Shown: in pieces, positions 18,732 through 27,706 of the stretch
Layout: every line of letters starts with the position of its first letter
Numbering within the stretch: the stretch's first letter is position 1
NCBI GenBank assembly: GCA_963697335.1
Contig: CAVONQ010000018.1
Location: forward strand, 96,001-160,000
DNA length: 64,000 nt
From: an uncultured cyanobacterium
GTDB taxonomy: Bacteria; Cyanobacteriota; Cyanobacteriia; PCC-6307; Cyanobiaceae
Reading direction: 5' to 3'
The notes under the pieces: model-generated
What the model was told of the DNA's origin: nothing
What the model saw: only the letters and a program-made list of their open reading frames with translations
Databases searched by the model: none
Program-made: the position numbers and the translations under genes

Positions 18732-20117
18732 GTGGCAGGCCCCCCCGGCTCCCCTCTCCTGCCTGAGCACCTGCCGGCGACCACAGACCCCGAGCGCTGG
18801 GCCTGGCTACAGCGGCTGCGGCGCACTGCCGAGCTGCCGCTGGAGCCCTGGCTGCTGGCGATCGAAACCGGACAGCTCCGGCCCGACGCCGATCTGATCG
18901 CCGCCCTGGCCAGTCGCTTTGACGCCGAGACGGCCCAGCGGCTACTGGGGTGGTGGCTCGACAACCCTGGCGCTGACCCTGAGCTGCTGCAGGTGATCGG
19001 CCAGCACCGGCACCCACCGTTGGCGCTCCAGTTGCGCCGGGCTCTGGCTGGGTCCAGGGCGGCGGAGCGGGCCCGATGGCTGTTGCCCCTGGTGGGACAC
19101 CAGCGCGACCCGGCCGACTTCGCCCTGCTGGCCGGCTGGCTGGGCTCCCCCCAGCCCGGTCCCTGCCGCCGCGCTGCCCTCGAGGGGCTGGCGGTGGGCC
19201 TGCCGATCTGGCCGCGGCAGCCCCTGCGCCGCCTGTTGCGGGCCCTGCTCACGGACCTGGATTCCGCCCTGGCGGCCACCGCCCTGGATCTGCTGGCGCG
19301 GCTGCCCCAGCCCCGCCTCGCCCTGGCGGGCATCGAGCCCGAACGGTTGGACCCAGCCGTGCAGCGGCGGCGGCAGCGGCGCCTCGCGGCCCTGCCGGCC
19401 CACCCGCTCGTGCTGGTGGTGCACGGCCGCACGGGCGGTGTGATCCCGGCGGAGCTGGAGGAGCTGCGGGCCCATGTGGAGCGCCTGCGCCGGACCCCTG
19501 TGGTGCTGCAGAGCCTCACCGGCACGGCAGGGCCGGATGCAGGCTCGCTGCGGCAGGCGGCGGCCGGGGGGCCGATCACTCTGATGCCCCTCCTGCTCTT
19601 GCCGGGGGGCCATGTGCGGGGGGATGTGCCGGCGCTTTGCGCCGCCTGGCGGGCCAGCGGCCCGGTGCTGCGGCTGCCCTTTCTGGGCGCGTGGCCCATT
19701 TGGCAGCGGGCCCTGCGCCTGGAACTGCTGGCCCTGGCCAGGTCCTCGGCGGCGGCAGAGGGCACGGTTGCCACTCCCCTGCTGCTCCACCATCCTCTGC
19801 AGGGTGGCCCGGCGGAGCGCTATCTGGCCCACCTTGAGCGCTGCTGCCATGCCCGCTGCCACGCCACTCCATACACTGCCACGGTTGCTGAAGAGTTGGT
19901 GCAGGTGTTGGCTGCCCCGAGCTGCCCACCTCCCGAGGGGGCGTTGCCGATGGGTCGGGCCCAGAGTGCGGAATCCGCCTCCAGGCCTGCGGTGCTGCCG
20001 CTGGTGCTGGCGGCCAACCGCCTGACCGACGCCCTGCCGTCCTGGTGCGGCCCCCCCCTGCTGCAACGCCCCCGCCTGCGCGACGGCCTGGTGGATCTGC
20101 TGGTTGCCCTGCCATGA
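18732..20117 (+). CDS. HEAT-like helical domain fused to CbiX/SirB-type chelatase (probable sirohydrochlorin ferrochelatase)
   Basis: C-terminal half has LVLVVHGR, PLLLLPGGHVRGDVP and LPFLGAWP; N-terminal half has helical repeats. ATGA-coupled to cobA. Start uncertain. Confidence 0.72.
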   Translation: MAGPPGSPLLPEHLPATTDPERWAWLQRLRRTAELPLEPWLLAIETGQLRPDADLIAALASRFDAETAQRLLGWWLDNPGADPELLQVIGQHRHPPLALQLRRALAGSRAAERARWLLPLVGHQRDPADFALLAGWLGSPQPGPCRRAALEGLAVGLPIWPRQPLRRLLRALLTDLDSALAATALDLLARLPQPRLALAGIEPERLDPAVQRRRQRRLAALPAHPLVLVVHGRTGGVIPAELEELRAHVERLRRTPVVLQSLTGTAGPDAGSLRQAAAGGPITLMPLLLLPGGHVRGDVPALCAAWRASGPVLRLPFLGAWPIWQRALRLELLALARSSAAAEGTVATPLLLHHPLQGGPAERYLAHLERCCHARCHATPYTATVAEELVQVLAAPSCPPPEGALPMGRAQSAESASRPAVLPLVLAANRLTDALPSWCGPPLLQRPRLRDGLVDLLVALP

Positions 20118-20902
20118 CCGCTGTTCCGCCCCTCGGCACGGTGTATCTGGTGGGGGCTGGGCCGGGGGATCCGGAGCTGCTCACCCTCAAGGCCCACCGG
20201 CTGCTGCGCCAGTGCGGTGCCCTGGTGTACGACTCCCTGGTGCCGAAGGCCCTGCTGGACCTGGTGCCTGTGGACTGCGAGCGACATTTCGTCGGCAAGC
20301 GCCGCGGTCACCATTCCGTGCCTCAGCCGAGCACCAACGCCGTGCTGGTGGAGCTGGCCGCCCGCCACCAGCTGATCGTGCGGCTCAAAGGCGGCGATCC
20401 CTTCCTGTTCGGTCGCGGCGGCGAAGAGGCCGCCCACCTGGTGAGCCACGGCATCCCCGTGCAGGTGGTGCCCGGCGTCACCTCCGGCATTGCGGCCCCG
20501 GCCTATGCCGGCATTCCGGTGACGCACCGCAGCGCTGGCTCCAGCGTCACCTTCGTGACCGGGCACGAGGAGATCGACAAGGCGCGGCCGGGGGTGGACT
20601 GGCAGGGGCTCGCGCGCAGCAGCGATGGCCTGGTGATCTACATGGGCCTCCACAACCTGCCCCGGATCTGCCAGGAGCTGATGGCGGGCGGGCTGGATGC
20701 GGCGACCCCGGCCGCCGTGATTCAGCAGGGCACGGTGCGTGGCCAGCGCAGCCTGGTGGCCGCCCTGGGTTGCCTGGCGGATCGGGTCGCGGCCGAAGGC
20801 TTCAGCTCCCCCTCCATCGTGGTGGTGGGAGCGATGGTGGCCGAGCGGGTGGAGGCCTGCGCTCCACTGCCGGCGGACGCCGAGATGCCGATTCCCTTCT
20901 GA
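20114..20902 (+). CDS. cobA: Uroporphyrinogen-III C-methyltransferase
   Basis: VYLVGAGPGDPELLT, RLKGGDPFLFGRGGEE and VVPGVTS motifs. Confidence 0.95.
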   Translation: MTAVPPLGTVYLVGAGPGDPELLTLKAHRLLRQCGALVYDSLVPKALLDLVPVDCERHFVGKRRGHHSVPQPSTNAVLVELAARHQLIVRLKGGDPFLFGRGGEEAAHLVSHGIPVQVVPGVTSGIAAPAYAGIPVTHRSAGSSVTFVTGHEEIDKARPGVDWQGLARSSDGLVIYMGLHNLPRICQELMAGGLDAATPAAVIQQGTVRGQRSLVAALGCLADRVAAEGFSSPSIVVVGAMVAERVEACAPLPADAEMPIPF

Positions 20903-20947
20903 TCAGTCCAGTTGGAGCAGGCCGCGGGCCCGCTGGCCCGGACTTTT

Positions 20948-20961
20948 GTAGTGGCTGACAC
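20948..20961 (+). promoter_or_regulatory. Putative NtcA box
   Basis: TGTA-GTGGCTGA-CAC, 50 bp before the small ORF at 21011. Confidence 0.45.
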
Positions 20962-21010
20962 GGGGCGGCCCGCCCGCCTCTGGTGCAGTGGAGGCTGTGC
21001 GCTCCATGTC

Positions 21011-21238
21011 ATGGCCCCCGGTGCTGCGCCTCGCGCCATTCCCCGCTCCAACCGCTCCCCGTCCAGGGCTGCCGCCCGGAGCCCCCGTCCGGACCACTCC
21101 AGACGAGCAGCAGTCGAGGGACTGCCGTCCCAGCGGCGATCAGCTCTGGACCAGGACTTCGCGGCCATGGCCCAGGTGTGGCAGATGCTCAAATCCGGTG
21201 CCCTGCGGGTGTGGGGTGAGATCGGCCGCAAGACCTGA
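21011..21238 (+). CDS. Small hypothetical protein (75 aa)
   Basis: ATG-started ORF with a basic disordered N-terminus and amphipathic C-terminus (DQDFAAMAQVWQMLKSGALRVWGEIG). Confidence 0.5.
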   Translation: MAPGAAPRAIPRSNRSPSRAAARSPRPDHSRRAAVEGLPSQRRSALDQDFAAMAQVWQMLKSGALRVWGEIGRKT

Positions 21239-21287
21239 GGGAACCTGCTCCTGCCATGTTGGTGAATCCTGGCCGAAGGTTCGGTTG

Positions 21288-21329
21288 GTAACACGAGCTA
21301 CAGGAGAAGACAACATCCAGTGGCTTAAT
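21288..21329 (+). promoter_or_regulatory. NtcA-activated promoter upstream of the small ORF-focA unit
   Basis: Perfect GTA-ACACGAGC-TAC (21288-21301), 22-nt spacer, TG-extended -10-like CTTAAT (21324-21329). Confidence 0.72.
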
Positions 21330-21683
21330 GGACTCGTACGGAAGTCAGCTCGCCTGATTTCCTGCTTCCGTCAATTCGGATTGCACGTGTAGGCAGCTTC
21401 TGATTGCTTCGTTTTATGGAGCCCTCGGGTTTCTGATTTTCAGACGCTGACTCCACAATTTTACGCCCTTCCTGCTACGGCTTCGCCTGCCTGGCGGCTC
21501 TGAGTTCTGCTGGCTTGCCAGCTTCAACCCGCCTGCAACTTTCCGCACGGGTTCATCCCCGCTGCTGTGCTGTTGCCGGCCCACTCCAAGGTGTACCCAA
21601 GCCGATCGGCCCCGGTGAGCTTTTTGGCGGGTTTGTTCTCAGTTTGCCGGTGCATCGCCTTGTCCAATCTTCCCCGAAATTCC

Positions 21684-21875
21684 ATGGCCCACTCCTCCAG
21701 CACCACCTCGGCGGCCAAACCAACCGTTGCACCCCAGGGCGCAGGCTCTGGCTCAGATCCGTTTTCCCGCTTCGTGAACTGGTTCAGTTCCATGGGTGCT
21801 GAGTCGTCTGAGCCTGTGGGTTCCACCCCGTCCAAAGATCTCTTCAGCCAACTGATGAATCGCATCAGCGGCTGA
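21684..21875 (+). CDS. Small hypothetical protein (63 aa) with an internally duplicated motif
   Basis: MAHSS...SDPFSRFVNWFSS...KDLFSQLMNRISG; ends 60 bp upstream of focA. Confidence 0.65.
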   Translation: MAHSSSTTSAAKPTVAPQGAGSGSDPFSRFVNWFSSMGAESSEPVGSTPSKDLFSQLMNRISG

Positions 21876-21935
21876 CCACCGGCGAGCCGGCCAAGGCTGG
21901 TTGTTGGTCTCATTTACCTCAATCTTTCCTTCTTC

Positions 21936-22817
21936 ATGGATTACGTCTTACCCAATGAGCTCGTCGATGGGATGATTGCCGCTGGAGGCAAGAAGTCCGG
22001 CGTCAGCGTCAAGAACCTTCTGTTGCGAGGCTTCTACTCCGGATCCGTGCTTGGTCTGGCGTTGTGTCTCGCCCTCACCATCATGGTGCAGACGGGGATT
22101 CCCTGGATCGGATCATTCATCTTCCCCTTTGGCTTCGCCAGCATCGTGCTGTTTGGCATGGAGCTGGTCACAGGTAATTTTGCCCTCCTGCCGATGGCGG
22201 TCTGGGCGGGCAAGACCACCTGGAAAAAGACCTTCCACAACTGGATGTGGGTGTGGATCGGCAATTTTCTCGGCACCGGCCTGGTCGGCATCCTGTTTGC
22301 CATGAGCCTCACCAGTGGTGGCACGGCAGACCTCGCCACCGGCGCTGGAGACTGGGTGGCCGTGGCCAACAAAATCATCGGCCTCAACAAGGCCAACGTG
22401 ATCGCCAAGTATCAGAATCTGGGAGCGCTTGGATTCTTCCTTGCTTTCCTGCGCGGTGTGATCGCCAACTGGCTGGTCTGTCTGGGCGTCACCCTGGCCC
22501 TGGTGAGCAAGAGCGTTCCCGGCAAGATCCTTGCCTGCTGGCTGCCCATCACTGCCTTCCAGGCGCTGGGCATGGAGCACATTGTGGTCAACATGTTCCT
22601 GCACACCACGGGTCCTCTGCTTGGCTCTGGTGTGAGTTTCCTGCAGATCGCCTTCTGGAACTACCTGCCTGTGACGCTGGGCAACATTGTGGGTGGCATG
22701 GTGTTCATCGGCATGCTCTTCTACAGCACCCACCGCACTCCGATCACCAATGTGCTGCCGACCCGGCACGATGAAAAGCTGGAAAGGGAGCTTGCTGCAG
22801 AATTGGGAGCGCGCTGA
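21936..22817 (+). CDS. focA: Formate/nitrite transporter family protein
   Basis: ELVTGN, ANWLVCL, EHIVVNM and VTLGNIVGG FNT motifs. Confidence 0.93.
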   Translation: MDYVLPNELVDGMIAAGGKKSGVSVKNLLLRGFYSGSVLGLALCLALTIMVQTGIPWIGSFIFPFGFASIVLFGMELVTGNFALLPMAVWAGKTTWKKTFHNWMWVWIGNFLGTGLVGILFAMSLTSGGTADLATGAGDWVAVANKIIGLNKANVIAKYQNLGALGFFLAFLRGVIANWLVCLGVTLALVSKSVPGKILACWLPITAFQALGMEHIVVNMFLHTTGPLLGSGVSFLQIAFWNYLPVTLGNIVGGMVFIGMLFYSTHRTPITNVLPTRHDEKLERELAAELGAR

Positions 22818-22901
22818 GCAAAGCCTCTGGGCTGAATCTTTGTTCTCACTCTGTTAACCTGAGAACATCGTCACAACGATTACACTCCCATCCAATAGAG
22901 A

Positions 22902-22931
22902 GCCGGGCAGCAGGGCTGCCCGGCCTTTTCT
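22902..22931 (+). terminator. Intrinsic terminator between convergent focA and cynS
   Basis: Perfect 10-bp stem GCCGGGCAGC-AGG-GCTGCCCGGC followed by CTTTTCT. Confidence 0.75.
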
Positions 22932-22950
22932 ATGTCGCCCAGCTTGGTGG

Positions 22951-23418
22951 TCACCATTTCTTGTAGGGCAGGAACTTGCCGCACATGGTGATCTTCACCC
23001 GATCTCCCGCGGGATTGGCTTCTTTGTCCACATGCAGGGTGAAGTCGATGGCGCTCATGATGCCATCGCCGAACTTCTCCTGAATCACGTCCTTCAGCGG
23101 CATGCCATACACCTGCATGATCTCGTAGAACCGGTAGATCAGTGGATCGGTGGGGATCACCGGATCCAGGCTTCCCTTGGTGGGGTAGACCTGCAGGGCA
23201 GCCGCACTGTCGCCATCAAGGCCAAGCAAGCCGCCCAGGGTCGTGGCTTCCTCGCTGGAGGCGCAAGCCTGGCCATAAAACAGTGACGCGACCCACACTT
23301 CGTCGCGGCCAAGGGCCTCGCCCAGTTCGGAGAAGCTGAGCCCCTTGGCTTTCTTGGCCTTCAGAAGCGTGGTCGTCAAGGACGATCCGGTGGAGCCGGG
23401 TGTTGATGACATGGTCAT
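22951..23418 (-). CDS. cynS: Cyanate lyase (cyanase)
   Basis: [24 protein letters not shown] and GKFLPY motifs. Confidence 0.96.
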   Translation of the reverse strand: MTMSSTPGSTGSSLTTTLLKAKKAKGLSFSELGEALGRDEVWVASLFYGQACASSEEATTLGGLLGLDGDSAAALQVYPTKGSLDPVIPTDPLIYRFYEIMQVYGMPLKDVIQEKFGDGIMSAIDFTLHVDKEANPAGDRVKITMCGKFLPYKKW

Positions 23419-23765
23419 AAAGGTTGAGATCTGATGTGGCAGCCAAGCAGCTGATCTCTGGGCTCTCTGCCGCTTGAAGTGCTGCAAAATGTGGCCCCTT
23501 TATGCTCTCGTAGCAGCTGCGATTTCCATGTGGCGACCGATACGCTCGGTGCCTGATTCTGCTGCTCTGCTTGGGCTTCAGGCCTGCTGCAGGTGCCTCC
23601 CGGCACCGGAGCGCAGGCGACCTGCTCGCCAGTGTCTCCTCCCCTGGGCCCAGTGCAGGAACTGCCCAACACCTCGGCCATTCGGTAGTGCTGGCCACAC
23701 TTGATCAGGTAGTGTGTTCGGTTCACTGGACTACGTCCAACCGGTGCTCCCCTACACCGACTGCC

Positions 23766-24272
23766 ATGACTGCCACAACGCCGAGACCGGCGCCGATGTT
23801 CGAGCTCATCCCCTACGAGAAGTTCCGCGACACCCCCGCGGTGCGCTTCTTCGACATCACCGTGGCCGCTTCCAACGCCCGGGATCTGGTGATCCACTCG
23901 GGGCCCGCCACCTCCCCTCCGGACGATCCGGCCACCGGGGCCTGGCAGTTCTACCTGCACCCCCACCAGGAGGACAACCTGCTCGCCCTGCACGGCGGCC
24001 GCACCTTCTACCTGGTGAACTTCGGCTGGAACTACCCCTTCCACATCGTGCGGCTCGACACGGGTGGCGACATCCTCAGGATTCCGCCTGGCACCTTCCA
24101 CCGCTCGGTCTCCGATCCCGACGGCTCGGTCGTGCTCAACCAGGCGGTGCGTGAACCCGGTGCCAGCCTGGTGCACGAGTTTCGCGTGTACAACAGCCAG
24201 CGGATCCCGCGGCTGTTCGCCACCACCTTCAAAACCGCGCCGCTGCCCAAGCTGCACGGACTCCACTGGTGA
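23766..24272 (+). CDS. Hypothetical cupin-fold (RmlC-like) protein
   Basis: FYLHPHQEDNL and LRIPPGTFHRSVS resemble cupin motifs 1 and 2. Start 23766 or 23796. Confidence 0.75.
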   Translation: MTATTPRPAPMFELIPYEKFRDTPAVRFFDITVAASNARDLVIHSGPATSPPDDPATGAWQFYLHPHQEDNLLALHGGRTFYLVNFGWNYPFHIVRLDTGGDILRIPPGTFHRSVSDPDGSVVLNQAVREPGASLVHEFRVYNSQRIPRLFATTFKTAPLPKLHGLHW

Positions 24273-24313
24273 CGGTCTGCGCCGTTAGGTGACCACTGGC
24301 CCCGCTCCCGCGA

Positions 24314-25207
24314 TCAGCCCAGGGGCAAGCTGGCTTCGCGGGAGGGCAAGGGATCGAGAATCTCAGCCTCGATCAGCCAGTCAAAGCTGCTGCTCACCCC
24401 GGGTGGGCCTGAAAAGCAGCCGGTGATGGCGGCGGTGAGCTCCGGCTTCGAGGATGTGGCCAGGGTGATGTAGCGATCGTCAATGGGACCCTTGCCGCTG
24501 GGGTCGTAGCCGCGCCAGCCTGCCCCCGGCAGGTACACCTCTGTCCAGGCATGCAGGTCGTACTGCTGCGGGGCGGGATCCAACAGGTGGTAGCCGCTGA
24601 CGAACCGGGCCGGCAGACCTACGCATCGGCAGGCCTCGACCATCAGCATGGCCAGGTCACGGCAGGAGCCCACCCGTTCCTTGAGGGTGCGGCCGGCGGG
24701 CCAGGCGGGGCCCACGTGGCGTTGGGTGTACTTCACCCGGTCCTGAATCATTTCCACCAACTGCTCGAGAAACATCAGGGCCCGTTGGTCGCTGCCCATC
24801 AGGGCCTCCTGGGCCATGTCCACGGCAGCGGGATCGTGCTGGCCATTGGGCAGCCAGCCGCCGAGGGCCCCCTGCAGGTCTCCGTTGAGATGGCCCACCG
24901 GATAGGGCAGCAACGGCTCGTTGGTCTCCAGGCAGGTCTGCAGATCCGGCGGGGTGTGGGAGACCACCGTGCTGCTGGCCTCGACGCGGAAGCTGTCGCA
25001 GGAGCCGCCGAAGCGGGCCCGCAGAATCTCATCACCACTGGCGGCGATCAGGGGGAACAGGGAGCTGGGCTCAGGATCGATCGTGAGCTGGAAGTCCACC
25101 AACGTCTGAAACCCATGGCCCCGGGGCTTGAGACAGAAGCGGTGAGCCCCAAGCAGAACCGGCGCGCTGTAGCGGTAGTTGAACCAGTGCTTCAGGCGAG
25201 CACGCAT
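24314..25207 (-). CDS. Transglutaminase-family protein
   Basis: GSCRDLA (Cys), HAWTEVYLPGAGWRGYDP (His, Asp) and ARFVSGY. Confidence 0.92.
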   Translation of the reverse strand: MRARLKHWFNYRYSAPVLLGAHRFCLKPRGHGFQTLVDFQLTIDPEPSSLFPLIAASGDEILRARFGGSCDSFRVEASSTVVSHTPPDLQTCLETNEPLLPYPVGHLNGDLQGALGGWLPNGQHDPAAVDMAQEALMGSDQRALMFLEQLVEMIQDRVKYTQRHVGPAWPAGRTLKERVGSCRDLAMLMVEACRCVGLPARFVSGYHLLDPAPQQYDLHAWTEVYLPGAGWRGYDPSGKGPIDDRYITLATSSKPELTAAITGCFSGPPGVSSSFDWLIEAEILDPLPSREASLPLG

Positions 25208-26175
25208 GCCGGATCTGTGCTCTGGGACTCAAGGCTGGCAGCCACGAAGTAGCGTTCCTCGATCAGGTTGTGCAGTCGGTTGAGATCGCTCTGCAGGGTG
25301 TCGATGGCCTCGTGCAGCCCCACGGCGAACAGGTCGTCGATGCGGGTGTAGCTCCAGCGGGCCAGGGTGAGCCCGCTGAGGCATTCCAGCTCGTCCGGCG
25401 CCCCGGGCACCGAGCGGCCCTGCACGATCTTGAGGGTGTCCTGAATCCGCTCGAGGCAGTAGCGCACCGAGCGGGGAAAGATCGGGTCGAGCAGCAGGAA
25501 GCCGGCCACGGCCCGGGGTTCGATCGCCTGCTGGCGCGACTGGCGGAACATCTGGTAAGCGCCGGCGCTGCGCAGCAGGGAGATCCACTGGAGTTCATCG
25601 AGCACGCCGCCCACCTCATCGGGGGAGGGCAGCAGCAGGAAGTACTTCACATCAAGGATGCGGGTGGTTTTGTCAGCCCGCTCCAGCAGCCGCCCCAGCC
25701 GGCTGAACTGCCAGGAGAGATCCCTGCTCAGGGTGGAGTCGGTGATGCCGTAAAAGAGCTGGCAGGCCCGGCGAATGTCGCGCAGCTGCTCCTGGGGTGG
25801 TTGTTTCCAGAAGCTCTCATTCTCCTGCAGGGTCCAGTAGATGTCGTTGAGCTGTTCCCACATCTCGGTGGTGATCACTTCCCGGATCTGGCGGGCGTTC
25901 TCCCGGGCGATGGCGATGCAGTTGGCCACGCTGTTGGGATTCTCCTCAGCCCTCACCAGGAACTCGATCACATCATCGGGGCTGCCATTGGTGTACAGCT
26001 TGTCGAAGAGCTCCCGTTCGCCGCTGGCGTCGATCAGGGGCAGCCAGGGCTCGGCGCTGCCGGGGGGGCAATCGAGGGCCATCGCCTCGCTCACCTCCAC
26101 AAAGCGGGAGATGTTCTCGGCCCGCTCCACATAGCGGTTGATCCAGTAGAGCGAATCGGCAACGCGGCTCAGCAT
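25192..26175 (-). CDS. Alpha-E domain protein
   Basis: MLSRVADSLYWINRYVERAEN, ARENAR, LGRLLERAD and FPRSV motifs. Confidence 0.92.
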   Translation of the reverse strand: MLSRVADSLYWINRYVERAENISRFVEVSEAMALDCPPGSAEPWLPLIDASGERELFDKLYTNGSPDDVIEFLVRAEENPNSVANCIAIARENARQIREVITTEMWEQLNDIYWTLQENESFWKQPPQEQLRDIRRACQLFYGITDSTLSRDLSWQFSRLGRLLERADKTTRILDVKYFLLLPSPDEVGGVLDELQWISLLRSAGAYQMFRQSRQQAIEPRAVAGFLLLDPIFPRSVRYCLERIQDTLKIVQGRSVPGAPDELECLSGLTLARWSYTRIDDLFAVGLHEAIDTLQSDLNRLHNLIEERYFVAASLESQSTDPACVLA

Positions 26176-27641
26176 GAGGGGGAGCCCTGCCCTTGCACCT
26201 GACCGTCGGCCCGTTCACTGACGATCCAGGTGTCCTTGCAGCCGCCACCCTGGGAGGAGTTCACCACCAGGGAGCCCCGCCGCAGGGCCACCCGGGTCAG
26301 ACCGCCTGGGCTGACCCAGGCCCCCTTGCCCCGCAGGACGTAGGGCCGCAGGTCCACATGGCATGGGAACAGTTCGCCCTCACTCAGGGAGGGCACCGTG
26401 GAGAGTTCCAGGGTGGGCTGGGCAATGTAGTTGCGCGGGTTGTCCTGGATGCGCTGGGCGAAGTCGTTGATCTCGTCCTGGTCGGCGTGGGGGCCGATCA
26501 TCATTCCGTACCCGCCAGCTTCGGCCACTGCCTTCACCACCAGTTGGTTCAGGTGCTCCAGCACGTAGGCCCGGTCCTTGTCGCGGGAGCAGAGGTAGGT
26601 GGGCACATTTTCGATGATGGGCTCCTCCCCGAGGTAGTACTGGATCATCTCGGGCACGTAGGCGTAGATGAGCTTGTCGTCAGCCACCCCCGTGCCCGGA
26701 GCATTGGCGATCGCCACCCGACCGGCGCTGTAGGCCTGCATCAGGCCCCTCACCCCCAGCATTGAGTCGCTGCGGAACACGGCGGGATCAAGGAAGTCAT
26801 CGTCGATGCGGCGGTAGATCACATCCACGGGCTCCAGGCCGCCGGTGCTGCGCATCCACACCCTGTCGTCCTGGCAGACCAGGTCGCGGCCCTCCACCAG
26901 CTGGATGCCCATCTGCTGGGCCAGGTAGCTGTGCTCGAAGTAGGCACTGTTGAACACCCCTGGGGTGAGCAGCACCACCGTGGGGCGCTCGGTCCAAGGG
27001 GCCAGCTCCCTGAGGCTCTGCAGCAGGTGGGAGGGGTAGTCGTCGATCGGCTGCACGGTGCGGCCGGAGAACAGGCTGGGGAACATCCGCTTCATCACGC
27101 GGCGGTTCTCCAGGAAGTAGGCCACCCCTGACGGGCAGCGCAGGTTGTCTTCCAGGACCCGCCAGGTGCCCTTGCCATCCCGGATCAGATCCAGGCCGGA
27201 GACGTGGCACCACTTGTTGAGCGGTGGCTGGAATCCCTGCATCTGGGGCCGCCAGCCCTGGGAAGTCTCCAGGTCTTCCCGGGGCACGATGCCGTCCCGC
27301 AGGATCAGCTGGTCGCCGTAGATGTCGGCGAGGAAGAGGTCGATCGCCTCGAGGCGCTGCACCAGGCCCCGCTCCAGGGTCTGCCACTCGCTGGTGCCGA
27401 TCAGCCGTGGCAGGGGGTCAAAGGGCAGGATCCGTTCCACCCCCCGGTTGCCCGAGCCGTTGAGCCGGAAGGTGGCCCCGAGCCGCTTCAGCAACATGCC
27501 CGCTGCCACATGGTTGCGGTTGAGCTCTTCGAGGCCCAGCTGCCCCAGGGAGGAGAGCAGGGGCTGCAGGGCGCTGCGGGGTTCGTCCGTGGCGCTGAAG
27601 TACTCGTCGTAGCCGCGGTGGGGCTTGTAGTCGGTGAACAC
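26169..27641 (-). CDS. Circularly permuted type 2 ATP-grasp protein
   Basis: VLEDNLRCPSG, NSAYFEHSYLA, IYRRIDDDFLDP, HVDLRP and VVNSSQGGGCKDTW motifs. Confidence 0.93.
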   Translation of the reverse strand: MFTDYKPHRGYDEYFSATDEPRSALQPLLSSLGQLGLEELNRNHVAAGMLLKRLGATFRLNGSGNRGVERILPFDPLPRLIGTSEWQTLERGLVQRLEAIDLFLADIYGDQLILRDGIVPREDLETSQGWRPQMQGFQPPLNKWCHVSGLDLIRDGKGTWRVLEDNLRCPSGVAYFLENRRVMKRMFPSLFSGRTVQPIDDYPSHLLQSLRELAPWTERPTVVLLTPGVFNSAYFEHSYLAQQMGIQLVEGRDLVCQDDRVWMRSTGGLEPVDVIYRRIDDDFLDPAVFRSDSMLGVRGLMQAYSAGRVAIANAPGTGVADDKLIYAYVPEMIQYYLGEEPIIENVPTYLCSRDKDRAYVLEHLNQLVVKAVAEAGGYGMMIGPHADQDEINDFAQRIQDNPRNYIAQPTLELSTVPSLSEGELFPCHVDLRPYVLRGKGAWVSPGGLTRVALRRGSLVVNSSQGGGCKDTWIVSERADGQVQGQGSPSC

Positions 27642-27663
27642 GCTGGGACTCCAGGCTGGGTTG

Positions 27664-27706
27664 ATCCTGCAGTGCAGAGGAGCCGCGTCCCGGTGGCGTT
27701 TGTTAC
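27664..27706 (-). promoter_or_regulatory. Putative NtcA-activated promoter of the ATP-grasp operon
   Basis: Minus strand GTA-ACAAACGC-CAC (27706-27693), 23-nt spacer, CAGGAT (27669-27664), the same hexamer seen upstream of nirA. Confidence 0.6.

Noticed and set aside
21335..21375. Glutamine (glnA / downstream-peptide) riboswitch suggested by CGGAAGT
   Set aside because: The flanking CGTTCA and GAAGGAACG-type elements are absent; kept only as an unknown hairpin.
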